This document shows positions 25,193 to 38,587 of a stretch of 64,000 nucleotides of DNA, piece after piece. Origin of the DNA: Sminthopsis crassicaudata (lineage: Eukaryota); assembly GCF_048593235.1 (NCBI RefSeq), contig NC_133617.1, positions 737,842,958 through 737,906,957 of the forward strand, read 5' to 3'. Position numbers and translations under genes: made by a program. How positions within the stretch are numbered: the first letter of the stretch is position 1; each line of letters opens with the position of its first letter. Below the pieces are notes generated by a model. It searched no databases. It had not been told where the DNA came from and saw nothing but the letters and a program-made list of their open reading frames with translations.

Positions 25193-26709
25193 TGTGAGAA
25201 CCCCTTTGGTTGGTGCAGAGGTCCTTCATAAAGTTTTACAAACCTGAAAAGCTAGACTGGCAAAATTAAAGTTTATTGTTGGCATTGGGAAGTCAGCCTT
25301 TGCTATGCATAAATGGAAAGACTGAATTCCTTGGTGGCAAGGTCCTGAAAGAGGAATATAAAGTTTTTAGCAGAAAAATCCTATCCTAGCAGAGAAAATG
25401 AATAAGGTCTTGTTAGGGAAATAGAAAGATAAAGATGGAGTAACACTGAAAGAGAATATCATTTCAGCGGGCAGAGGGTTGCAGCTTATGCCGAGGGGAG
25501 AGAGAGGTTCTTTGCCATGGCATGTTAGATCCTCTGCAAGTCACGAGGGGAGCGCTGAAACTCTTTCTCTCTCTCTGACTTTGGGGGGATCACTAAGCTC
25601 TCTCCTGAGAGACCTGCCCCAGAGAATTAAGATAAAGTGGTTTGCATTCTGTTATCTGGGTGGGACTGGTTGAGTCCAGGACCATTCCTAATCCTATTGA
25701 GTTGGAAATTAGCCCAGAGATACTCATTCACTTCCAAGATTTTCTATTCTGATTCCAGCTCAAACTGCTCCCAACCCCCATCAAGAGCTGCCCCAGTTTC
25801 TAGCCAAGGTTTCAATTATAAAAAGGGGCAACTTGGGGTTCATTCCTTGCAGAGGACCTAAGGGGGGCTTATTACGAACTCATGAGAAAAGGTATCTCCC
25901 ATTTGACAAGATATTTGTCAGTAAAAGGAGTGCAAAGTAAAAATTGCAAAACAAAAAGATTAAATACTCTGAATACAGAGCCCTGGAGGTTCCCATCTCA
26001 CCAGCCCTGGTCTTTTCTCTTATCGTTTGGGGGAGTCCAGGCTTACATGGACATCTATCCCAGAAACAAAAGAACAATTTGCCTTTTGAACGAGATGAGG
26101 TGAGATCTCTCAGGACAGTTGTGAAAAAATCGAGTAAGGCTTCATCTACTTCAGAGTAGGCCTGAAAGTCTTTCAGCATTGATTCAAGGGCAACCTTTTC
26201 CTGCTATACTCCCATGACATTAATTTTCTCCCTATTTCAATCAAATATGGATAACTATGTACTTATTGGCCAAGTTTAATTTCTTGGGTAGTTTCTGTGT
26301 TTAGAATGTGAGACCCTCAGCCAATGAGGATGAGGGTCAGTGGTAGGAGGGGTATTTGCTTTAGAGATTTAAATGTCAAACCTGTCCTGAAAGGTGCCTC
26401 CTCCCTTCGATTGCCTGCTCCACAGGTGGGACTCCCGATCTCACCAGAACGTACAATAAACTTTTGTTTTGCTCCTAGAGATCTCTCCAGCTTTTTTTAA
26501 AAATGGTGACCCCTCACCATTTCTGAGCCACACACTTTAAAAGAGGTACTTAAATGCTAATTAAGAGGTGGTGGGAAACAGGAGGGGAGGAACACCTGCA
26601 ACTTTTTAGCTTTAGCTCTATTTGTTATTATAAATTCTCAAATAGAAATTAAAGTATAGTTTAAGGCTATATTCCCATGAGAGTGTTTTTACTCAGTTAA
26701 TTCCACACA
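25193..26709. mobile_element. Cluster of adjacent and nested LTR fragments
   Basis: Minus-strand LTR end at TG 25193; 25865-26709 matches the LTR at 53085-53454 and is split by the LTR at 26087-26534. Confidence 0.7.
26087..26534 (+). mobile_element. Solo LTR, 448 bp, nested in an older minus-strand LTR
   Basis: TG...CA termini, 4-bp TSD CTTT (26083-26086 and 26535-26538), CCAAT box and AATAAA; removing it restores colinearity with the 53-kb copy. Confidence 0.87.
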
Positions 26710-29700
26710 GACCCAATTGTCTTTTATGAACAATGTCCTTTGGTCTAATGCCCTGAAGAGGGAGGGGGCCTCCTCAAGCCATTCTTGCTGGGTGCTGACT
26801 GCCACTGCAGCTGTTGGTGGTTTCCTTTTTATTGACAGATAGCAGACTACTATTAAAGGGATAATGGCTGGTTCTTGATGTCCCCAGTTGGAAGGGTCCT
26901 ATACGTTAGAAGCATTGTGGGTTAATCTCTTGGTGGCTTAGCTCAGGAACAAACTTTAGACAGTTTCCATGAAAAATGCTCCAAACAATAAATGTCAGAA
27001 CTGGAAAAGACCTATCTATTGCATCTATATCATCTATTCCAGTTCCATCACTTCAATTCTGTAAAATGAGCATTTATTAAGTCCCTACTATGTGCTGGGC
27101 ATTGTACTCAGCACTGGTGAAACAGACAAAACCCAAATGAGTCAAGAAGAGTTGAATGTGAACTGAAAAATGATTAAACAATAAGAAGTAGCTGAGTCAA
27201 AATCTGAACAGACTTTTTGGTGTCAAATTCAACCAAATCAGGAGCAACTACATCTAGTCTAACTCCTCTCATTTTTACAAATGAGGAAATTGAGACACAG
27301 AGATATTAATTTCTTAAATTAAGTTCTTAAAATTGGGTAGAATCAGGATCAGGATCCCTATCCTCCTATCAAATGATAGGATTCCAGTCAAGTGAGCTTT
27401 CTTCCATAGACTTTATTGGGGAGAGAAAAGGAGAAGGAACTTTTGCAACACAATACTTGTGATTTAGATATTCCTTGTGCTCCAAAACATTAAACAGTAG
27501 GAAATGGGTCTCTTCTTCCCAGCATACCCTAGGTGCCACTCAGCTAGGCAAAGCCCTGAAGCCATCTTTGTTCTAGTCTCTGACTTCTCAGAAACCCCCA
27601 GTGAAAACCAATTTATGCTGGGACCTTTGACTTTTTCCTTATTCCTGAAATATGTCCCCTCCTTATCTGTACCTCTCAGAGTCCAGCTCTTCTTTCTGGC
27701 CTTAGCCACAGTGCCATCTCCTTCTGGAATCCTTCCTTGATTCTTCCAGTGGCCAATTTTCTCTCCCCATTCAAATCACCTTGCATCATCCAAGGACATG
27801 TTGTCTCCCCTCATTAGAAAGAAGGAATCTGAGGTCAGGGACTATCTTTTGGTGATATAGTGGGATTTTTGTTTTGTTTTATTTTGTTTTGGTTAACCTT
27901 TATCTCTCTAGTGCTTGATAGCTTCAAATAGCATGTAGTAAATACGGTGCTGGTCTTGGACCTGAAAAGCCTGCTTCAACTTCTATCTCTGACCCAGTGG
28001 CAACATCATAGATTCACAATTGGAAGGGACCTTAGAAACCAACAGATCTAAGGCCCTCATCTCACCATTCCTAAGGAAACTTAAACCAAGCGTAACACAG
28101 TGGAGAGAACACTCAGTTTGAAGACAAAAAGTCTAGGTTCTAAGACAATTACTAGCCAGGTGACATTAGGCAAGTCATTTGACAATTTTCTGCCTCTGTT
28201 TCTTTATCTGTAATATGAGAGTGCTAGATTCGATGACCTTTAAGACCCCTTCTAATTAAATCTCTAAGCCCAAGTGACCTATCCAAAGTTATACAGTAAG
28301 AAATGGCTTTCTCTACTTAACCTTTCTGAGCCTCAGAAGCCTCATCTGGAAAATGGGGATATAGGCACCTTGAGTTCCTACCCGACAGACTGAAATAAGA
28401 AGATGTTTCTAAAATACTTTGCAAGTCTTAAAACATAACATAAACCTTAGTTGTTATTATTATCATCATTCTAGTTGCACATCAACTGGTCATCAACTGT
28501 TGGCCAATATTCTAACTTCCAATTAGATGAGTTGCCAGTGCAAAGATTAATTGTGGGTACTATGATGGATCTTGGATCTTCCCAATATGGGTGCCCCCTC
28601 CAATTTTCAGATTATCGCCCATCCATCGCAGTCTACACTGGACCACACTTGTTCATGCCTTCATATTTGTCCACTACAGCATGCTGAAAGCTTTTTTCCC
28701 ATTCCCCTGAACTATCTTAGATACCAATTGGCCCTCAGAGATAGAATAGAAGAATAGGGGATTGCAAGCAGGACCACAGAATCAGGAAGACTTAAAATCA
28801 AATCTTACCTCAGACATTTAATAGCTATGAGCTATGGGAAAAGCACTTAATCTATGTGCCTCAGTTTCCTCATCCATAAATTGAAACAGTTGGACTCTAA
28901 GGTCCCTTCTAATCATTAATCTCTGATCCTTTAATTGATCAGTCATCCTTCTACTTTCTACTTGGTCACCTCATCTTTTGCATCCATTATAGATCCGATC
29001 TAGTGATATACATAGCACCTGCACTTACAGAGGTTCCCTTTTTGTCATATTTCTCAGTTCCCTCACCCTATCCTGGGTTTCTGCATTGCCCTTTGGCTGA
29101 TCTTCAGCTGCTGTTCTTCAGAAATTGTGATGATCTATAACTCACAGCTGTACATGTCACTAGAAGACTGTTGTTTTTAAGGAGACAAGAAGCACTTGAG
29201 ATTGTTTAGAGATCATTTCCCTAAAGGCAAACCAGCATGTTTGCTGTCCTTCTCCTGTTTCATTCTAGACCAGTTAGTATTTTCACCAATTACATTATTT
29301 GTTCAAGAAAGAGTATACAATCTCATCTGTCTGATAAAGACTTGATTAGAATAGAGAACTCCCAGATGGGGGAACTCCCTCCACCAATGCAATTTAGTAC
29401 TTTCTCTACAACCTACACTCTAAGAGGTTAAGCAATTTGTACAAGGTCAGTTGATCAGTGTGTTCCAGAGGCAGAATGTGAAGCCAGGTCTTCCCGGCTT
29501 TGAGGCCATCTCTCTACCTGCTGACCCAGGCTGCCAATATAATCCAAACTCTTGAAGAGTTTTCATTATTTTATAACCTGACCCGATTTCTTATTACGAA
29601 CACAATGTAAGGAATTGGAGCTTCTCCAAACTCAGGAAAGATGCTTTATTCCTTTAATCGGTCGATCGATTGAGTAACATTTATTATTAGCATCTATTCT

Positions 29701-30009
29701 AGGGAAATATTTCTCAATCCATCAGGGATTAGGAATACTGACTCTGTGCAAACACTGCTGGCAGTTAGATATACCAAGACTAAAATTAAATGATTCTTCC
29801 TTTCAAGGAAACCCTTTTAAGGGCTTACATGCTGCCAAATGGGGGAAGACAGAGAGAGGAAGTAAGGAGTGTGGAGGATAATAAGTACATTTAGAAATAT
29901 ATTCAAAGTAAATTCAAGGTAATTATTGGAAGGGGCACTGTTTATCAAGAGAGCTTTCAAGAGGCTTCCTGTAATTGTCATCAGAATTTCTACATATTAC
30001 ATAATTCCA

Positions 30010-30965
30010 GCAGCAAAAGATAGAAAGAGAAATTCCATTTAAAATAACCCAGAAACTATATGAACACAACTTTAAAACACTTTTCATACTAAATAATCTA
30101 ATGCTAAAGAACAAGTGGGTGAAACAATAAATTAGAGAAATAATAAATAATTTCATCCAAGAGAATGACAATAATGAAACAACATACCAAAATCTGTGGG
30201 ATGCAGCCAAAGTGGTTTTATTACCACTTTATTACCTTTATTGGGTAATTTTATATGTCTAGATGCTTACTTGCATAAAATAAAGAGGTCAATGAATTGG
30301 GCTTGCAACTAAAAAAGCAAGAAAAAGAACAAATTAAAAACCTCCAATATTAAATTTGAAATTCTTAAAGTAAAAGAGATTAATAAAATTGAAATTAAGA
30401 AACCATTGAATTAATAAACAAAACTAAGAGTTGACTTTATGGAAACAAAACAAAACATAAATATTTGTTTTGATTAGAAAAAGGAAAGAAGAAAATCAAA
30501 TTGCTAGTATCAAAAATGAAAAGGGTGAACTTTTCACCAATGAAGAGAAATTAAGCAATAATTAGGAGTTATGCTGCTCAGTTGTATGCCAATAAATCTG
30601 ATAATCTATGTGAAATGGATTAATACTTACAAAAATATAGATTGCCCAGATTAACAGAGAAGGAAATAAATTATTTAAAGGGTTCCATTTTAGAAAAATA
30701 AATTGAACAAGCTATTAATGAACTCCCTAAGAAAAATTCTCCATTTAAACATTTCAAGAACAATTCATTCTAATACTGTGCAAACTATTTGGAGAAATAG
30801 AGAAAGAAGGAATCTTGCCAAATTTCTTTTTTGACATAGATATGGTGCTGATGCCTAAACCAGGTAGGGTCAAACTAGAGAAAGAAAATTATAGATCAAT
30901 TTCCCTAATGAATATTGATGCAAAAATTTTAAATAAAATATTAGTAAAGTGATTTCAGCAAGTAA
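30010..30965 (+). mobile_element. L1 ORF2 relic (degenerate, rearranged)
   Basis: Recognisable YQNLWDAAK- and [11 protein letters not shown]-like segments with stops and frameshifts. Confidence 0.85.
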
Positions 30966-31300
30966 TTTAACCCTGATTGCCTCAACAACATCAAAAAACC
31001 AATCTATGGCATAATGTATGGAGGACATGTAGTTGGACAAAAGTTTATGAGAGAAAAGATTTAGAAGTTCTTAGTGAACTACCACCCCATCATAAGCTCC
31101 AAAATGTGGAATGGCAGCTCAAAAGACTAAAGAAATAGGTGTCCCATGTATACAAATATTGTATTTAACTTGTGCTTTGACACATTTGGCATATATTGGT
31201 CAGCCTGCCGTCTGGGGAGGGGATGGGGGAAGGAGGGGAAGAACTGGAACAAAAGGTTTTGCGATTGTCAATGGTGAAAAATTACCCATGCATATGTCTT

Positions 31301-31861
31301 NNNNNNNNNNNNNNNNNNNNNNNNNNNNNNNNNNNNNNNNNNNNNNNNNNNNNNNNNNNNNNNNNNNNNNNNNNNNNNNNNNNNNNNNNNNNNNNNNNNN
31401 NNNNNNNNNNNNNNNNNNNNNNNNNNNNNNNNNNNNNNNNNNNNNNNNNNNNNNNNNNNNNNNNNNNNNNNNNNNNNNNNNNNNNNNNNNNNNNNNNNNN
31501 NNNNNNNNNNNNNNNNNNNNNNNNNNNNNNNNNNNNNNNNNNNNNNNNNNNNNNNNNNNNNNNNNNNNNNNNNNNNNNNNNNNNNNNNNNNNNNNNNNNN
31601 NNNNNNNNNNNNNNNNNNNNNNNNNNNNNNNNNNNNNNNNNNNNNNNNNNNNNNNNNNNNNNNNNNNNNNNNNNNNNNNNNNNNNNNNNNNNNNNNNNNN
31701 NNNNNNNNNNNNNNNNNNNNNNNNNNNNNNNNNNNNNNNNNNNNNNNNNNNNNNNNNNNNNNNNNNNNNNNNNNNNNNNNNNNNNNNNNNNNNNNNNNNN
31801 NNNNNNNNNNNNNNNNNNNNNNNNNNNNNNNNNNNNNNNNNNNNNNNNNNNNNNNNNNNNN
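31301..31861. other. Assembly gap, 561 N
   Basis: Run of N. Confidence 1.
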
Positions 31862-34639
31862 AGAGAGCAGTCCTGATGTATCCCAGGCAGCCCATATCAA
31901 GACTGTCACATGAAGTGATGGGCAGCCCATTCTAGAAAGAAGTTGACAAAATTGAGTGAGTCTGGAGAAAGGGGACGAGCAGAATGAAAAGCCTGGGACC
32001 ATGATACAAAGTGAGCATCAGTTGAATTTTTAGCCTGAACCCAGCAACTTTGTCCAAAAGGATAGAATGACTATAAGACTTTATTATTAAACTAACTAAC
32101 TAACTAACTAACATGCCAGGCATTGTATTAACTTAAAACAACTCTGCATTGCATCCTCAAAACAACTCGGGAAGGCAAGTGCTATTTTTATCCCTAAACA
32201 AATGAGGCAACTGAGGCAAACAGAAGCTAAGTGACTTGATCGGGGGAAGTATTATTGTCTGAAGCTGAATTTGAATTCAGCTTTTCCTGACTTCAGATCC
32301 ATTGCTCAACCCATTGTACAACCTAGCTGTTTGGTCTCGGAAGGTAGAACTATGAGTGATAGATGGAAATCCATTCATAGAGCTATTCCAAAGTGAAATG
32401 AGCTGGCTCAGGAGATTGTGATTTCCCCAGGTCTGGAGAGCCACAGGCAGAGTATGGACAGCCATGAGCAGGAGATAGACATTAAGGAAAAAAACATCTT
32501 TTGAAGTTCTTTTCACTTTGGAGATTTTATGATTCAGTGAAAGGGTTTACTTGGATGATAAACTGGAAGAGACCTTCGAGGTTTTCTACTCTCGCCCCTC
32601 AAATTATAAATGAGGACCAGAAAACAGTCATGATGGCTGCCATCTTACATGTGGCATGTTATCTGAGTCCAAACCAGAGCTCTCTCCATTGTACCACACT
32701 CCCCCCCCTCAAAATCTGGTTTAAACCAATTTCATGGATTACATTTGATCTGTTGAATGAACTCTTGTCAGCATCCAATGGCACATAATGAAAGGGCTGA
32801 TTCCACACTTAGCTCAGGGGCCACATTTTAAGAAAAACATTGATGAGCTGGCTCAGAGAGTCTAGAGGAAGTCGGTCAGAATGGGGGAGAGTCTTGATTC
32901 CGGTCATGTAAAAGCTGTTTGAAGAAAGTGGGGCAAGTTTAGCCCGGAGACGATAAGATTCATCTGTCTTCAAATATTTGAGGGGCTGTCACATGGAGGA
33001 AGGATTACAATTGTTTTGTTTGGACCCAGTAGAAAAAAAAACCTAGAAAAAAGTAGTCAATTCAAAGAGACACATTTAAACTTGATGTAAAGAAAAAACA
33101 TCCTAGTATTCAGAGGTATCCAGGAGCAGAACAGGTTGCCAAGACAGGGGGTGGGTCCCCACTCCTTGGCACAGGCTCAATGCCCATTTGTCAGTGGGGA
33201 TTCTTTATGTAGGGGCTGGACTAGGATGCAAACTGTTCCAACTGTCAAATTCTGTTTGTGAGTATAAAGTAGGTCTATAATACCATCCTAGCCAGGTTCT
33301 ATTTGGCAATACATTGTTAATACAATGTATGTTCAAATGTATACCAAATGTAGCAACCGGAGGGAGCCTCCAACTTGTAGGGCAGGTTCCCTAGCAGATA
33401 ACTACCCTAGTTTTAGAATATATTTAAACAATGTATATAATTTCAGATATATTGTGTTTATTTACATCCTCTAAGACACTAGAGTTCAAAAGCCCCCACC
33501 GGTGGGTTACTCTTAATAGTTAACCAGAAGACAACAATTATTAATTCAAAGCAAATGCTTATAATGAATTGACACAGGAGAAAAAGTAGGAATAAAATAT
33601 ATCCCCCATAAACCTAGGAACTCTCCCACAAATACATATGGCACGAGTGGGGAAAGTAGCCACCCAGAGAGAACACGAGATGGAGAACACCGATAGGCTA
33701 CACATATGGCCAGGGTCCATGGAGGTATGGAGGAGTGCATATTTAAGGAAGTCAGGTGGAAGGATATGCACACCTCAAAGCTGAGGGGCCTCTGGGATCT
33801 TTTTGTGATGTCATAAACCGCCTCCTGTGACATTCAAATGGTTTTATGTTGCTCTCTGCTGGGTGCATCCCTGCTCTAGTCTCTACTGCCTCCAGAATCT
33901 GGCTCAGAGGAAATCCTTGGGTAGAGTGCTGCCATACTCTTTTTGCTTATAACTAGATAGAAGTTTTTCCTAGAAATTTCAGGAAAGAGTCTTTGCCCAG
34001 GACCAGAAGAAAAGCCTTCCCTTTCTGGTTCCTTTTGATATTTGGTTGGCAAAGCCTTTTATCTCTCCAGTTAGAGATTCATCATCCGAGGGGCTGAGTT
34101 CTTCAGGTCAGGGTACAAGGTTATTTCAAGCAGCTGAAACCTTCAGGCTTAATCTTTTTTTTTTTTTTTTTTTTTTTTTTTATCTGAACTCCTCTTCCAC
34201 TTGAGGCCCTCAATCAGTCTACTGATCCCATGTTTATTAGTCAATATTCTTCTAAATATTTATCTCTGATGGTGGCTAGGCTAAAAACCAAGTAAAAGGG
34301 ATTTGCCTAAAAACTATCCAACAGCTCTGAGAATTCAGCATTCCTTTTTGCAAACCCTAAATCTCTTCTGTTAGTCCATGTAGGTGAGAAGGTAAAGAGA
34401 AGGTACAGGGTCAAGCTGAGAGATTAGAAGGCAGGTGGAGACTGAACTAATGTTTAGCCATATTCCTGGCCCTTTTGTGGACAGATAAGGCTGCCACAGA
34501 CTCCAAAGGCCCTACACCTTTACAGATAAAACCATTTTCTTTTTATGAAATTCTTTAAGATTTCAGCTGTTCACAGATTCTGACCTGGGGGTCCCCTCAA
34601 TTTGAATGAATCTGTAAGACTTCACTGGATTCCTTTTTG

Positions 34640-35760
34640 CTTTTTCTCATCCTTCCCTTTCTCTGCTCACATGGTTGCCACCCTAGCTCATGCCCTCATC
34701 ATCTAAGCCTCCATGTTTCCAATCTCTCTTCTCTCCGATATCTTCCTCCACATGGCTGCCAAAATAAGATTCCTAATCACATCTCTACTCCTGTCACTCC
34801 ACAGCTCAAAAATCTTCTTTGCCTCTCTTTTGCCTCTAGGATCAAATGATAAACTCAAGCTGACATTAAAAACCCTCCACCTACCTTTCCCAACTCATTC
34901 ATATTAGCCCCCTTCACTCAGGCCTGCTGGTGGTTTCCACCATTCCTGCTTGCTATAGTCCACAGATATCTTCCATCCCACATGTCCAAATGAACTCGTT
35001 ACCTTTTTTCCTAAGTCTTCCCTTTTCTATCATCACCCAGGGGACCACTGCCTCCTAGTTCTTCTAATTCCTCTCACAGCCTACGGATTATCCTGGATCT
35101 TCACTTCCCCACCTCCCTACCCCGGCCATATTCAGTCTGTTACCAAGAGCGGTCAACTTGACTTTGGTAATATCCTACAAATATATGACCGATCCTCTCC
35201 TCTGCTACTGCTACCATCTTGGTACAGGCCCTCATCATCTCACACATGGACCATTGCAATCGCCTGCTGGTTAGTCTACCTGTCACAAGTTGGACTCCAG
35301 TCCAACCACACTCAACTGCCAAAGAGATTTTCCTAATGCACAGTTGACTATGGCACCAGACCACCAAGTCAATAAAATCAAGTGTCTCCCTCCAACAATA
35401 GCAAGTGTAAAATGCTCCATTCAAAATCCTTTACCATCTGGTTACATTTTCAGTTTTCTTGCCCCCAGTCCCCGCCATGTACTCTGTAATCGGATCTCCT
35501 GGCACTTTCTTACACAAGACCTTCCTCCTGCCTCCATACTTTCCCACCAGGTGGTCCCCAGACCTGAATGCTCTCCCTTTTCCACTCTGCCTCCTGGCTT
35601 CCCAGCTTCCTTCAAACCCCACCTTCTACAGGAAACCTTTCCCAACCCCCTTAATGGTAATTTCTTCCCTTCCCTAATTATCTCCAATTTATCCAATCTA
35701 CAATTTGTCTCAACAAATTGTCTCCCTTTTAGACAGTGAACTCGTTAAGACAGTCTTTTT
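34640..35760 (+). mobile_element. L2 relics (others at about 780-1210 and 9690-10190)
   Basis: Pyrimidine-rich L2-like text (ctgctactgctaccatcttggtacaggccctcatcatctc); highly degenerate. Confidence 0.6.
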
Positions 35761-36689
35761 GCCTTTCTTTTTATCCCCTGGAGGAAAGACTGGGGCTGAT
35801 GGTTTTGCATAGCCGGCCTCATTTAAGTCCAATTCACTTGCAAGTCAAGACATCCTTCCCCCCCCCCCCCCCCCAGCTCCCTTTGGTCCCTTTAGAGAAC
35901 TAAGGATGAACAGCAACCACAACTTTTTTTAAATTATTAAATCTTTTTGTTTACAAAACATACTCATGGGTAATATTTCAACACTGACCCTTGCAAAGCC
36001 TTTGTGTTTCTAATTTCCCCCCTTCCCCTAGACGGCAGGTAATCTAATACATGTTAAATATGTTAAACTATATGTAAAAAATATATAATCACAACTGTTT
36101 GGCACAATGGTTGGCACATCTCTTTTCAATCATGTCCATCATGTCCATTTGATATTTTCTTGGCAGAGATACTGGAGTGCTTTGCCATTTCCTTCTCCAG
36201 CTCATTTTACAGATGAGGAAACTGAGGCAATCAGGACTGAGTGACTTGCCCAGGGTCACACAACTAGTAAATTTCTGAGGCAGGATGTGAACTCAGGAAA
36301 ATGAGTCTTCCTGAAGCCCATCATTCTATCACTTCACTATTTAGACATAGTAGGTGCTTGAGAATTTGCTTATTTGGTGAGTGGTAAGATATCCCAAGCC
36401 ATTAGGCTTTCCCACAGTAACCCTCTGATGTAAAAGTCATGATGCTAGGTGCTTCTCCACTGGGTTCCCCCAAGAGGGTTCCAGGTGACCCCTCCCCAAA
36501 AACCCAGGCCATTTCTGACAACCCTGGGAACACCAGAGGTCTATAAGAGGAAGGAAACGGGACTTGTGGAGATGGAGCTGTGGCAAGAGCAGGGAAGATG
36601 AGAGGCAGCTATGAACCTCTGGAATCCACCCTAACTCTTAGTCATCTCTACCCCCCAGGATGGGGAAGGCTGGGGAGTAACACTAAACC

Positions 36690-36925
36690 GATTTCCTAAT
36701 GTGGAAAACAAGTGACAAGCCGCAATTAGTGCTGCTTAAAAGGCAGGAGATTCCCTCTGGGCAAGCAGCCTGTGACCTTCAATTCCTCAGAGAAGTGAAA
36801 GCTGGCAGAAGGAAGGAAGCCAGTTATTCCTGCTGTCTGCACCCTACAAACAGCAGCAGGCTGCACCACAACTTGCCGGTGCTCGGAGCGCCAGCGACTC
36901 GCCCAGCTGCACCTCGGGCCCCAAC
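36690..36925 (+). promoter_or_regulatory. DNASE1L3 proximal promoter / 5' UTR
   Basis: Non-repetitive sequence directly before the ATG; contains TTCCTC (ETS/PU-box on the minus strand, 36783-36788) next to AGAAGTGAAAG (IRF-like, 36791-36801). Confidence 0.5.
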
Positions 36926-37078
36926 ATGGCAGGAAGACTGGGGGTCCCCCTGAAGCTGCTGCTGCTGCTGCTGCTCCCCCTGGACGGCTTCCAGGCCCTG
37001 AGGATCTGCTCCTTCAATGTCAGGTCCTTTGGGGAAGCCAAGAAAAGCAACTCCAGGGCTATGGAAGTTATTGTGAAG
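36926..37078 (+). CDS. DNASE1L3: DNASE1L3 exon 1 (signal peptide and N-terminus, MAGRLGVPLKLLLLLLLPLDGFQALRICSFNVRSFGEAKKSNSRAMEVIVK)
   Basis: ATG in ccaacATGG context, poly-Leu signal peptide, ICSFNVRSFG motif, donor AAG|gtaaga, phase 0. Confidence 0.96.
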
Positions 37079-38150
37079 GTAAGATCCACACCTGGGACTC
37101 CCCTGGTAGTCTGGCTGCTCTCCCAGGGAGCTCTCTGCCTCTAGACTCAAGCTCCGGCTGAATTAAATGCCCCAACCAAGCCTCCCCTTTCACAAAGTTG
37201 GGTCTAGGAGGGCTAGTGTGGAGTAGAGAGAAGCATACTGGAACGGGAGCCAGGAGCTGTGTGGAGTTTGAATCCTGATACCCTCATTTATGTGCTGTGT
37301 GTCCCTGGGCAAATTGTTCAACTCTTCTCTACCTCAGTTTCCTTATTTGCAAAATGCTGGGATTGGGATAGTTGGTCACTTTAAGTCCCTTCCAACTCCA
37401 GAGCAATGATCCTACGCCCTTGGGTTCTGATTGTGCTTTTGACATTTGGTCACCTTGGGCAAACTGATAAACCTCTCGGAATCTCAGTTTCCTCATCTGA
37501 AAAATGGACTTAGAAAGAATGCTTAGAGAGGGCAGCCCCAGAGAGAGCTGGCTTCAGAGTGAGGATGATTTGAATCCAGTTCTGCCCCTGATCCATACTG
37601 ACTATGTGAACCTGGCTCACTTAGTCTCTTGGTACCCCTCTTTAAAAAGAGTACATCGGTACAAAGAGTATCATTACCAAGGAAATCAGAGACTGAGTCC
37701 TCAGTGGATACCTTGTTCTCATTGGCCCCAAAAGGCAGAATAAGGAGCAAAGATCAGGGGAAATATATATTGAGGCTCAATGGCCCCAAAAGGCAAAATA
37801 CAGAGGAAAGATCAGTGGAAATATTATTGAGGCTCAATAACAGTGAAAACTTCTGCCATGTTGGCTGCCCCAAAGTGGGGTGCGCTGCCTTAGGAACAGT
37901 TGATTCTCCTGCACTAGATATCTTCGAGCAAAGGTCCATTGGGACTTAAAGGTTGGACTAGAGGGCCAATGATGTCCCTTCCAAATCTGAGAATCCGTGC
38001 TTAAAAACTCAATCCCAAACACTCGTACAAGTTAACTGAACTGATTAGTAACTATTAAAGTTTAAATAATTCCCTCCCATCCATAGAACTTCCTAATCAT
38101 TTTCCAGAGTCTCCCTCCAGCCTTGGATGGATGATTGTTTGCTTGTGATG

Positions 38151-38587
38151 TGATACAGCAATGATATGGGGGTCCCCTGATTTTAGGGAGATTTCTGTTC
38201 TAACAATGTCAGTAATCTTAAATCTCCTGGCTTTGGAGTCTGCCTCAGGACTTCCCACACTCCGATCTAAGAAGGACAATGTTGTGAATAGACCTCTCCT
38301 CAGTTCATTGCTGACTCATAATCTGGTCAGTGAGCACCAAATTCTGGAGACCTCCACCCCTCTGCCCTACCTGTGGGCCATAGAATTAGCTTGTCAATGA
38401 TAGAAAGCTGGATAAAGGGCTCTCCTGGCTTTTGCTAATTTCATTTGGAACTTAGCCCACTTGTACAATTACAATAAAACTTTGCCCCTTGACTAGGAAA
38501 TGGGTTCAAGCCTGAAAATTCTTTCGAGACACTCGTGATACCGGTCTGTGACCCCAAACTTTTGGGGTCCCCTTCCCAACCTCAACA
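38151..38587 (+). mobile_element. Solo LTR in DNASE1L3 intron 1, same family as 19812-20336
   Basis: Shared segments gtcccctga..ttctgttctaacaat, ggaacttagccc..acaataaa.ctttgccccttgact and an identical terminus AACCTCAACA. No TSD found, so the 5' end is approximate. Confidence 0.75.

Noticed and set aside
31111-32002. ORFs of 226-274 aa
   Set aside because: Artefacts of translating through the N gap.
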